From assembly GCA_024720975.1 (NCBI GenBank), contig JANJXX010000001.1, positions 223,408 through 287,407 on the forward strand: a DNA stretch of 64,000 nt, read 5' to 3'. A model generated the notes under the pieces. The model was given only the letters and a program-made list of their open reading frames with translations, made no database searches and was not told the DNA's origin. Below, piece by piece: positions 9,785 to 18,161 of this stretch. Each line of letters starts with the position of its first letter. Positions within the stretch are counted from its first letter, which is position 1. A program made the position numbers and the translations under genes. The DNA is from Thermoproteota archaeon (GTDB lineage Archaea; Asgardarchaeota; Njordarchaeia; Njordarchaeales; Panguiarchaeaceae).

Positions 9785-10243
9785 GTGGAAAAAATGGAGA
9801 ACTCCGAAGTTCGGGACAAGAGCCCAACCGTTGCAGGTCTATCCTATTCACAAATGTTGGAAAGAGCCCTAGAAGCAATTCCTAAAGCAACTAAGGTCTC
9901 TGAAAGCTCTGAGATGCCTCAATTTGAGATCGAAAGAGAAACTCATAGAACGATAGTACTCAATTGGGGAGAAATTATCGATAAATATAAGATTGATGAA
10001 AAACTACTTTTGAGATTTCTCCAAAAGAGACTAGGAACAATAGGAATGCCACAGCATGGAAGGCTATACTTGCAGGGATCATTTACAAAGGCCAGACTTA
10101 ATAAGCTACTCGAAACTTTTATAAAAGAATATGTGGTATGCGACGTCTGCGGACGACCACACGGCATCATTATTAAGGAAGGCGGCCGATTAATAAAGAA
10201 GTGCACTGCCTGTGGTGCATGGCGTGCTATAGAAAAACCATAG
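9785..10243 (+). CDS. eif2b: translation initiation factor aIF2 beta
   Basis: Y..MLERA, EYVVCDVCGRP, CTACGA Zn ribbon. Confidence 0.93.
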   Translation: MEKMENSEVRDKSPTVAGLSYSQMLERALEAIPKATKVSESSEMPQFEIERETHRTIVLNWGEIIDKYKIDEKLLLRFLQKRLGTIGMPQHGRLYLQGSFTKARLNKLLETFIKEYVVCDVCGRPHGIIIKEGGRLIKKCTACGAWRAIEKP

Positions 10244-10255
10244 TGGTGCTATCTA

Positions 10256-11770
10256 TTGCTTAAGTCAAAGGATGTTTATCGTTTGGATATAAATTCACGT
10301 TGGTTAGGAGTTAATACAGAACTCCTCATGGAAAATGCGGGAAAGAGTGTAGCTGACGTTATTTTTGAAAAATATCCAACTGCAAAGAAAATCGTGTGCA
10401 TCTGTTCTCGAACCAATAATGGGGGGGATGGCTTAGTAGCGGCAAGGCATTTAAGCGCGAGATACGATGTTATAGTTATCTTTATAGGCGATCCGGAAAC
10501 TATTAAGACAGCTGAGACAAGAAAAAACTGGCAAAGAGTGTATAATCTACATACTGTAAAGAAAGTTATAATTAAGTACCCAGAAGATCTAAAAATCCTA
10601 GAAGATATTATAAAAGACGCTGACATCATAATCGATGCTATATTTGGCGTTGGTGTTAAGGGCAAACCAAAAGGCTTGGAAGGTGAAACCATAGCCAAAA
10701 TAAATGCTCTGAAGGAGAAGTATGGATTCAAAATCATAAGTGTTGACGTTCCCAGTGGATTCGATACCGAGGAGGGTAAACCCTCCGAATTAATGATTAA
10801 TGCCGATGTTATAACTACATTTCATGCCATGAAGCATGGCCTTGAAAAACTGGGAAGAGAAGTTATAATTAAGCATATTGGTATTCCAAAAGACTCTGAA
10901 ATCTTTGTAGGACCGGGTGACTTTATAGAATTCATTAGAGAAAGGGATCCCTGGTCGCATAAAGGCGATTTCGGACGCATACTAGTTATTGGAGGCTCCG
11001 AACACTACACAGGAGCACCTGCACTTTCTGCCATGGCAGCTTTAAGAACAGGTGCAGATCTGTCTATAATATACGCCCCAGAAGCCGTGGCATCAACCAT
11101 CCGCTCTTTCTCACCTAACGTTATTGCCGAGTCTTATCCGGGAAAATTCTTCAATGAGGATTCCATGAAAAGAGCGTTAGAACTTTCCGAAAAAGCCTCA
11201 GTAGTAATAGTTGGTCCTGGACTTGGCTCAGAATCTGAGACTCTCAAAACTACATACAAATTTATTACTGAGCTCGCAGGTAAGAAGCCATTAGTTGTTG
11301 ATGCTGATGCTCTTAAATCGCTGGCAATATATGGCATCCCAAGAAGCAGAGACATCATAATAACCCCCCACGCGGGAGAGTTCAAATTAATATTCGGCGA
11401 AGAACCTTCAAAAGATTTATACATGCGAGGCGAACTCGTTAAGAAGCATGCAAAGGCGCTGGATAATGTAACCATACTTCTCAAAGGGCATATTGATGTA
11501 ATAAGCGATGGAGATCGACTGCTGTTCAATAGAACTGGAAATCCGGGAATGACTGTTGGTGGTACAGGTGACGTTTTAACGGGCATTGTAGCCGCTATAC
11601 GAGCGCAGTGTTCTGACTCGTTCAAGAGTGCGGCTATGGGTGCCTTCTTATGCGGCTTTGCCGGTGACTTAGCATTTGAAAAATACGGATACTGTCTAAC
11701 TGCAACTGATGTGATAGAGCAAATACCAGTTGCAATTAGAGAAATCAGGAGGATAATTTATCAGGAATAA
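10256..11770 (+). CDS. nnr: bifunctional NAD(P)HX epimerase/dehydratase
   Basis: LMENAG, NNGGDG, HKGDFG, VDADAL, TPHAGE, GGTGDVL. Confidence 0.95.
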   Translation: MLKSKDVYRLDINSRWLGVNTELLMENAGKSVADVIFEKYPTAKKIVCICSRTNNGGDGLVAARHLSARYDVIVIFIGDPETIKTAETRKNWQRVYNLHTVKKVIIKYPEDLKILEDIIKDADIIIDAIFGVGVKGKPKGLEGETIAKINALKEKYGFKIISVDVPSGFDTEEGKPSELMINADVITTFHAMKHGLEKLGREVIIKHIGIPKDSEIFVGPGDFIEFIRERDPWSHKGDFGRILVIGGSEHYTGAPALSAMAALRTGADLSIIYAPEAVASTIRSFSPNVIAESYPGKFFNEDSMKRALELSEKASVVIVGPGLGSESETLKTTYKFITELAGKKPLVVDADALKSLAIYGIPRSRDIIITPHAGEFKLIFGEEPSKDLYMRGELVKKHAKALDNVTILLKGHIDVISDGDRLLFNRTGNPGMTVGGTGDVLTGIVAAIRAQCSDSFKSAAMGAFLCGFAGDLAFEKYGYCLTATDVIEQIPVAIREIRRIIYQE

Positions 11771-11818
11771 TCAGATACCTCAGGGTTCATCAGTTTTCAG
11801 ACTGGGACGGCATCATCC
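11771..11818 (-). ncRNA. box C/D methylation guide sRNA
   Basis: minus strand reads GATGATG CCGTCCCAGT CTGA AAAC TGATGA ACCCTGAGGTAT CTGA (C, D', C', D boxes); TTTAAATA about 30 nt upstream; guides complementary to conserved 23S segments. Confidence 0.85.
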
Positions 11819-11957
11819 TCTCTGTTTATCTTACTGACTTCTTTTTTATTTAAAGTTTTTGATTTCATCGCTCCTGAACTTACCAAAACTATTGGAAAGT
11901 TGATCGAAGTCATCACTATCATTGAGTCAAATTGAAAACTCAAAATAGCTCCTTGAC

Positions 11958-12653
11958 TTAGGGCTTCCATCTACCAATGAACATTATATGATCTTTAGCG
12001 TATGGGTCAAGGCGTATTTCCTCTTCTATCCTGAAACCGTTTGACTCGAGAATCTTCTTTTGTTCCTCAAATATTTTTTCGGGAGGACGCGCTACATCTA
12101 TACTTCTAGCTTTTATAGCAATAAAGCCATAGCCGTTGGTTCTAACAAACATTCTACAGTTTCTTATGAATATCTCGCTTTGATCTGGTTGTGCTATATC
12201 AGCATAAATACCATCGACGGATTCTCCTATAATATAGGCATACTCGTATGGTTTTCTAGCATCCTTAAGTAGGGGAATGATGTTTTTTCTCTTCTGAGCC
12301 ACAGCAACAAGGTCCCGCATTGGCCTTGGAGCAAATTCGATACCATATATTATCCCTTTTGGACCTATGATATCTGAGATATGTGATGACGTCGTTCCTG
12401 ATGCTATACCTAAATAGAGTATCCTGTCTCCCTCGGATATTCTAATGTCCTTCAAACCATTGATTATTGCTGCAGCCAGCTTGGATCTATAAGGTACCCA
12501 CTCTCGATACTCAACTCCTTGAAAGTTCATTAGTCTCTCTCCATAAACGCTAACGCCAGCTACGAGATTCCTAGTGGCTAATCTCTCTGTTCCCAGTTCA
12601 TCAGTTACAACAAAAACTCCCTTGAATATCTCCTTTACACTTACTATTTTCAT
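11958..12653 (-). CDS. flpA: fibrillarin (rRNA 2'-O-methyltransferase)
   Basis: VYGER, YREWVPYRSKLAAAI, LYLGIASGTTSSHISDI, DIAQPDQ, KARSID; start moved to ATG after GGTG. Confidence 0.97.
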   Translation of the reverse strand: MKIVSVKEIFKGVFVVTDELGTERLATRNLVAGVSVYGERLMNFQGVEYREWVPYRSKLAAAIINGLKDIRISEGDRILYLGIASGTTSSHISDIIGPKGIIYGIEFAPRPMRDLVAVAQKRKNIIPLLKDARKPYEYAYIIGESVDGIYADIAQPDQSEIFIRNCRMFVRTNGYGFIAIKARSIDVARPPEKIFEEQKKILESNGFRIEEEIRLDPYAKDHIMFIGRWKP

Positions 12654-12715
12654 TTCAAGACACCATCTAAAGTATATCACCGACAATGCAATTATTAATA
12701 GAGAACAAACTTGAG

Positions 12716-13186
12716 TCAAACACTAAAATATCTCTCAATAGCGCCTCTGGTCCAGTTCTTTATTGCCAATCGTCCCTCTGCCAGAATACTTCCGATATTC
12801 TCGAGCTTTTGGATGATTGCTGTAATGATGCTAGGATTTGCACTTGGATCGCTATGAAGTATAAAAAGCGTCATGTCATAACCGCTCTCAGGTTCATCTG
12901 CTACGAAACGATATTTGGCCGAAAGCTGCCGTACAATTTCAGCTGCTAGTGCCCTGTTGATGGGATCTTCCCCAATCGCTATAAGTTTTATGTTGATTTG
13001 CATGGAATTCTTCGTTACTTTAACCACACCATCTTCGTACTCTAGTTCTCTGTATCCAGCTTTGTCGCATTCAAGGCAAAATAAACATGCTAGGTCAACC
13101 TTTTTGGGACAATCAGAGACCTTTCTAAGGGATCTAATTAAACTTAATATGTTCGGCAAATCTTCTGTTATTCGCACAATATACAC
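12716..13186 (-). CDS. ARPC4 (Arp2/3 complex subunit 4)-like protein
   Basis: NSMQINI..., PESGYDMTLFI and C-terminal helix II..LE.I...LAE.RL.IK...R...E.YF match ARPC4 NSVRVSI, PVEGYDISFLI, VI.FMEEID.EISEMKLSVN.RAR...EEFL. Confidence 0.65.
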   Translation of the reverse strand: MYIVRITEDLPNILSLIRSLRKVSDCPKKVDLACLFCLECDKAGYRELEYEDGVVKVTKNSMQINIKLIAIGEDPINRALAAEIVRQLSAKYRFVADEPESGYDMTLFILHSDPSANPSIITAIIQKLENIGSILAEGRLAIKNWTRGAIERYFSV

Positions 13187-13260
13187 CCCCAGCTAAGGCA
13201 ATAAATAACGTGCACATATATGTTAATACAAATTATGATAGTGATTATATTCGTGATATT

Positions 13261-14403
13261 ATGCTTCGATTATCTCCTAAAGCATACAAAAAGAGCTGCG
13301 CAATTTGCAAGAATGAGAAACTGTTAAGCTCGGTGTTGTCGGTCTGTCGAGATTGCATCATAAATAGGTTTGAGGACGCTAAGGATTACATAATTAATGC
13401 ACACAGAAAAGTCAGAGCGCGCTACCTTCTTCCCTACCCTGCACCTTCTGATGGTAATATCATATGCTCATTATGTTCTAACAACTGCAAAATGAAAAAT
13501 GGTGACATAAGTTTCTGCGGTTTAAGATGGGTTGAAGAAAATAAACTCAGATCTTACGTATCACCGAACCAGGCTCTTGCTTACGTCTATTTAGATCCGC
13601 ATATAACAAATTGCTGTGCAGCCTGGTTCTGCCCGGCTGGAACTGGATTAGGCTATCCAGAGTATTCTGTCACAAAGGGTCCTGAGTATGGATATAGTAA
13701 CTTGGCTGTGTTCTTTTATGGCTGCAATTTTAATTGTCTCTTTTGCCAGAACTGGGAACATAAAGATGTTTCGGGAGCCCCTGTAGTACAAACAGAGGAT
13801 CTAGTTCAAGCAGTTATTAAAAATGACAAGATCACTTGTATCTGTTACTTTGGTGGGAGTCCAGAGCCTCATGCTCCATTTTTCTTGAAAGTTAATGAGG
13901 AATTGCTTGAGAGAAAAGGCAAGAGAATAGTTAGGATATGCTATGAATGGAATGGTGCAGGAAATTCCACGATCGTAAGAAAAGCTGCAGAGTCAGCATT
14001 GCTGACGGGCGGAGTAATAAAGTTTGACTTGAAGGCTCCGCCGGGTTCACCTTTATCAATGGCATTGTCTGGCGTTGACAACAAGAGAGTTTATGAAAAT
14101 TTTGAGATGGTTTATAGAGAGTTTTGGTCTGAGGCAAAAATTCCAATTTTGACAGCAACTACTCTCCTGGTTCCTGGATACATTATGCCAGAGGATGTGG
14201 AAGAAATTGCACAATTCATCGCAAGTCTAAATCCTGAAATTCCATACTCTATTTTAGTATTTCATCCGGATGGTGCCATGACTGACTTACCAATTACACC
14301 AAGACAAATCGCCGAGGAGTCAGAAAGACGCGCGCGAAAGTATCTAAAGCACGTAAATGTTGGAAATAAGTTCCTTCTGACAATGGCACCGGAGAGAATT
14401 TAG
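13261..14403 (+). CDS. radical SAM protein (PFL-activase / AmmeMemoRadiSam-like)
   Basis: GCNFNCLFCQN CxxxCxxC, GGSPEP, KFDLKA, N-terminal Cys clusters. Confidence 0.85.
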   Translation: MLRLSPKAYKKSCAICKNEKLLSSVLSVCRDCIINRFEDAKDYIINAHRKVRARYLLPYPAPSDGNIICSLCSNNCKMKNGDISFCGLRWVEENKLRSYVSPNQALAYVYLDPHITNCCAAWFCPAGTGLGYPEYSVTKGPEYGYSNLAVFFYGCNFNCLFCQNWEHKDVSGAPVVQTEDLVQAVIKNDKITCICYFGGSPEPHAPFFLKVNEELLERKGKRIVRICYEWNGAGNSTIVRKAAESALLTGGVIKFDLKAPPGSPLSMALSGVDNKRVYENFEMVYREFWSEAKIPILTATTLLVPGYIMPEDVEEIAQFIASLNPEIPYSILVFHPDGAMTDLPITPRQIAEESERRARKYLKHVNVGNKFLLTMAPERI

Positions 14404-14463
14404 GACTAGAAAAATGCTAGATAGTTTTGGATTATTAGCTAAAATTGGTACACGTCTCTACGA

Positions 14464-17400
14464 TTACATCATTTCTGACGTTTTTAGTTGAACCTTAATA
14501 CCAAGGCTTTGGAGTTCTCTGATTAATAGAACAAATGCATATGGAACTGTGATGCGAGCAAGTGAGCTGGTTTTTTCTTTGCAGAACGGGCAGATCCAGC
14601 GTTTGAGTCGCGGGTCATAGTGCGCTATTGCACCGTGTTCTTCGCAAACGAAAATTTCAATTCCATCACTAGAGTCAACAAAGCGTTCGCGCAAGAATAG
14701 ACTCAATCCGTGGCCTACTAGAGCATCTTTTTCCATTTCTCCCAGTCTAAGGCCACCTCCATGTGCCCTTCCCCCTGGTGGTTGCAATGTAAGAAGCGTA
14801 TATTTCCCTGAAGATCTTACGTGGATCTTGTCTCGAGCTAGATGTTTGAGTCTCTGATAATACATTGGACCAACTAATATGTGTGCCTTATACATCCTTC
14901 CTGTTTTACCATCGTACAGCGTTTTCTCACCATAATAATTCAACCCTAGCTCTTTCGCCTTCTTTATCAGGTATTCCATCCAATTTTCAGATTCGAATGT
15001 AGTCCCGTCAACCGGGTGTCCAAGCTTACATGCTATGCTTCCAGCGAGAGCTTCGAGTATGAATCCAACTGTCATCCTGCTTGGAATTCCGTGCGGGTTG
15101 AATATTATGTCTGGGATTATTCCATCTTCAGTAAATGGCATGTCCTCTTGCGGAATTATCAAGCTTACTACGCCTTTTTGTCCACTGCGACTGGCGAATT
15201 TATCTCCTAACTCTACCGGTCTTGGTTGCCTTAGTTTTACGTAAACTTTGATTCCTTTTTGTCCAAGTTCACCTAATGATGATATAACTATTGAATCTAT
15301 GTATCCTGCTTCTCCAGGTCTAACTTTCTCTGACGTTTCCTCTTTAACTCGAAAAGCTCTCAGAGAGGCACCCTTTATTGGTGTCAGTCTTCCTACGATC
15401 TCCTCCCCTTCTTGCACGGATAAGCCTTCCCAAGTCAAGCCATCTTCCGCTAGAGTTTCTAACTTTCCTTTGATAATATCCCTCTGCTCTACTGGTAGCT
15501 TTATTTCGTCTTTTGCTCCTCCTGTGTGCGTTCTTTCAAGAACTTCGTAGATTCTTATTAGTGCTCCATTAAATAGGCCACGCTCTATTGCCGCTTTGTT
15601 TATTATTATCGCATCCTCTATATTAAACCCTTCGTATGAGAGGACGGCTACTATGGCGTTCTGTCCAAAGCCTCTTTCTGATATGCCCAGGAATTCTAGA
15701 GGTCGGGTAGTAACTATTGGCCGTTGAGGATAATACATTAGGTAAGTTGAAGTTTCTGGCCGGATCCTATAATTAAGTCTGGGTATAGTTAAAGCCTGTT
15801 TCGCCATTGAGGTCTCATGTATTATTTTCGGTGCCTGGTTTGTATCTGCAAATGGTATCAGGTTAGGTATGAGATCCAAGGTGGCCGCGGGTGCTATCTC
15901 CAAGTGCGTATGGGCGGGCGAGAGATCCTTTTCCCAGATAGCTATGTATGCGTCTTCCTCTTCCTCTGCATCAAGCATTTCTATTATTCCATTTTTTATG
16001 AGATCAGTGAACTTCATTTCCCCTTCGAGTAGTTTCTTTGCATGCGCCTTTGTGAGCTTAGGTTTGCCATTTTCAACTATTATCAGTGGTCTTAATATTC
16101 TGCCAGAGTCCGCATTTATGTGGACCTCATTCCATTCTTCCCAGTATTTTATGTTAGCTTCCCAAGGCACTATACCTTTCCTCCTATATTCTCTGAACCT
16201 TCTTACGAAATCTTTGGGATTCCTACAAACTCCTACTATCACACCATCTATAAACACCGGTGTGAGGCCTACCGGGAACCAGCCAGTTTTTATTTCTACT
16301 GCTTCAAGTCCTATCTTGGGGAGTATTTCTTTGATCAGTTGTTCTCGTTCTTGCTTCCTAAGACCAACACTTACATATGCCGAAAGAGCTAATTGTTTCG
16401 TTAAACCACACATGGTACCTTCAGATGTTGTAGTTATGCATATGCGTCCCCATTGGGTTGGATGTAAGTCTCGAGCTTCTGGTTTACCGTGTTTTGCTTG
16501 AACTCTCGAGATAAGTATATTTTTGACACGCCTTAGATGACTTATCATCTCTATTTGGTTAAGTTGTCCGAATGTTTCAGTAACTCCGGTCACCCTCGTG
16601 GGCCATGTTCCAGTGGCGAGTGATCTATTAACAACCTCTGAGATTTTCTCGGTCTTCAGGATGTCTTTGTGAGAAAATCTTCCTGCTTCAAAATCCGCTG
16701 CTCTTGTTGCAAGAGCTGTTCTTGAAGCCCTTATGAATTCTCTCCAGGCAAAACTAAAGAGTTCTCGAAGAAAGTCTCCTACCATTTTAAGGCGCTTGTT
16801 TTTATAGTGATCTCTATCATCCGCTTGCGCGTAGCCTAGATAAACCATCGCTGCGCGCCTAACTATGCGCGCTAGATAGTATGCTTTGAGGTAATATGAA
16901 TCCTCAGATGTTCCTAGATGTGAGAGGAAGTATCTATTCAAAACGTCCTTTACAAGTGCTATCTTTTGTGCATCGGTTGCGACTCGTATTAGTCTACTCA
17001 AGCCTACTCTTTGAATGTACTTGAAAAGTTCTTTCAGCGCTTCTTCCTGGGATTTAAGAGCTTCCGTAGGCGCCATTTTGATGTTAAGGAACAGTAATTG
17101 AACGATATCGTGATATTTGCCTTCACTAAAATATTCTGGAACCACCAGCCTTATGAAATCCCCTATAGTCAGTCCCAGAGCTCTAACGAGAACCATGAGT
17201 GGTACATATTTATTCAGTGATACTTGCGGGAACCTCACAACCACTTGCATGTCTTTTCGAGAGATGTATACACTTACTCTGTTTCTATATATACCTGGCG
17301 TTGTTATCCAAGCTGATACTTTGAACTTGCTTGAAACTGCGGATGTTCCCTTGAGTTCTTCAACAATGATTCTGCCTCTAACGGTCTCTTCTCTCGGTAA

Positions 17401-18063
17401 GAATACTCTCTCAGAACCGTTTATGATAGCATAGCCGTCCGGTATTGTGGGATCCTCTCCTATTGAGAGCATCCATGCAAAGTCCTTTCTCATGTACTCA
17501 TTTAGGTATGGATCATGCCTAGAACCTATTATTAGCGGGAGATCACACAGTTTGATAACGTCCCTTTTAATGTCCTCCTCAATAGTTTCTGGTCCATAAG
17601 GAGTTTCTTGGAAACGTAATTTTTTAACAACAAACTCTACACGAAGGGGAATTGAGTATGTGATCTCCATCCACCGGCATTCTTGTGGTGTGAAAATTAA
17701 ATCTTCACCTACCTGAGGCTTAGTATCAATTTTTACTTGGCCGTCAACTTTAAAATCCACATATACCCCTACTTGGGCGTCGACTCGACTATTTTGCTCA
17801 ATTATTGAGACAAGGTCTTCGTCTATGAATCTATCAAAGGAGTGGACATGAAATCTCGTAAGTCCGAGTTCTTTTAACATCGCCTCTATTACTGCCCATC
17901 GAGAATTAGCATCAAGGCTTATATCTCCCGGACCCTTCTCTGTAAACATTGGGTCTATTTTTATTCGCTCTAGTCCGTAAGTTTTTTTATCTGTGGATTC
18001 TGACAGCTCTTTCTTGGGAGTCTTTCGTGTTCCATGACTAGACAATTTAACCACATTAAGCAA
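14464..18063 (-). CDS. rpoB: DNA-directed RNA polymerase subunit Rpo2 (unsplit B)
   Basis: IINGSERV, DDRDHYKNKR, GFNIEDA, GDKFASRSGQKG, NPHGIPSRMTVG, GLRLGEME, C-terminal Zn finger. Confidence 0.97.
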   Translation of the reverse strand: MLNVVKLSSHGTRKTPKKELSESTDKKTYGLERIKIDPMFTEKGPGDISLDANSRWAVIEAMLKELGLTRFHVHSFDRFIDEDLVSIIEQNSRVDAQVGVYVDFKVDGQVKIDTKPQVGEDLIFTPQECRWMEITYSIPLRVEFVVKKLRFQETPYGPETIEEDIKRDVIKLCDLPLIIGSRHDPYLNEYMRKDFAWMLSIGEDPTIPDGYAIINGSERVFLPREETVRGRIIVEELKGTSAVSSKFKVSAWITTPGIYRNRVSVYISRKDMQVVVRFPQVSLNKYVPLMVLVRALGLTIGDFIRLVVPEYFSEGKYHDIVQLLFLNIKMAPTEALKSQEEALKELFKYIQRVGLSRLIRVATDAQKIALVKDVLNRYFLSHLGTSEDSYYLKAYYLARIVRRAAMVYLGYAQADDRDHYKNKRLKMVGDFLRELFSFAWREFIRASRTALATRAADFEAGRFSHKDILKTEKISEVVNRSLATGTWPTRVTGVTETFGQLNQIEMISHLRRVKNILISRVQAKHGKPEARDLHPTQWGRICITTTSEGTMCGLTKQLALSAYVSVGLRKQEREQLIKEILPKIGLEAVEIKTGWFPVGLTPVFIDGVIVGVCRNPKDFVRRFREYRRKGIVPWEANIKYWEEWNEVHINADSGRILRPLIIVENGKPKLTKAHAKKLLEGEMKFTDLIKNGIIEMLDAEEEEDAYIAIWEKDLSPAHTHLEIAPAATLDLIPNLIPFADTNQAPKIIHETSMAKQALTIPRLNYRIRPETSTYLMYYPQRPIVTTRPLEFLGISERGFGQNAIVAVLSYEGFNIEDAIIINKAAIERGLFNGALIRIYEVLERTHTGGAKDEIKLPVEQRDIIKGKLETLAEDGLTWEGLSVQEGEEIVGRLTPIKGASLRAFRVKEETSEKVRPGEAGYIDSIVISSLGELGQKGIKVYVKLRQPRPVELGDKFASRSGQKGVVSLIIPQEDMPFTEDGIIPDIIFNPHGIPSRMTVGFILEALAGSIACKLGHPVDGTTFESENWMEYLIKKAKELGLNYYGEKTLYDGKTGRMYKAHILVGPMYYQRLKHLARDKIHVRSSGKYTLLTLQPPGGRAHGGGLRLGEMEKDALVGHGLSLFLRERFVDSSDGIEIFVCEEHGAIAHYDPRLKRWICPFCKEKTSSLARITVPYAFVLLIRELQSLGIKVQLKTSEMM

Positions 18064-18161
18064 CTAGAAAAGAATCTAAGCTGTATGTAGTTATTAAGTT
18101 TTTTCCTTCATTTTTAAAGCTATTACCTTAACTTTGAAAACTTTGAACACTACTGGAGATT

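Noticed and set aside
11860-11925. Second GTGATGA C-box-like motif downstream of fibrillarin (minus strand)
   Set aside because: No correctly spaced CTGA D or D' boxes
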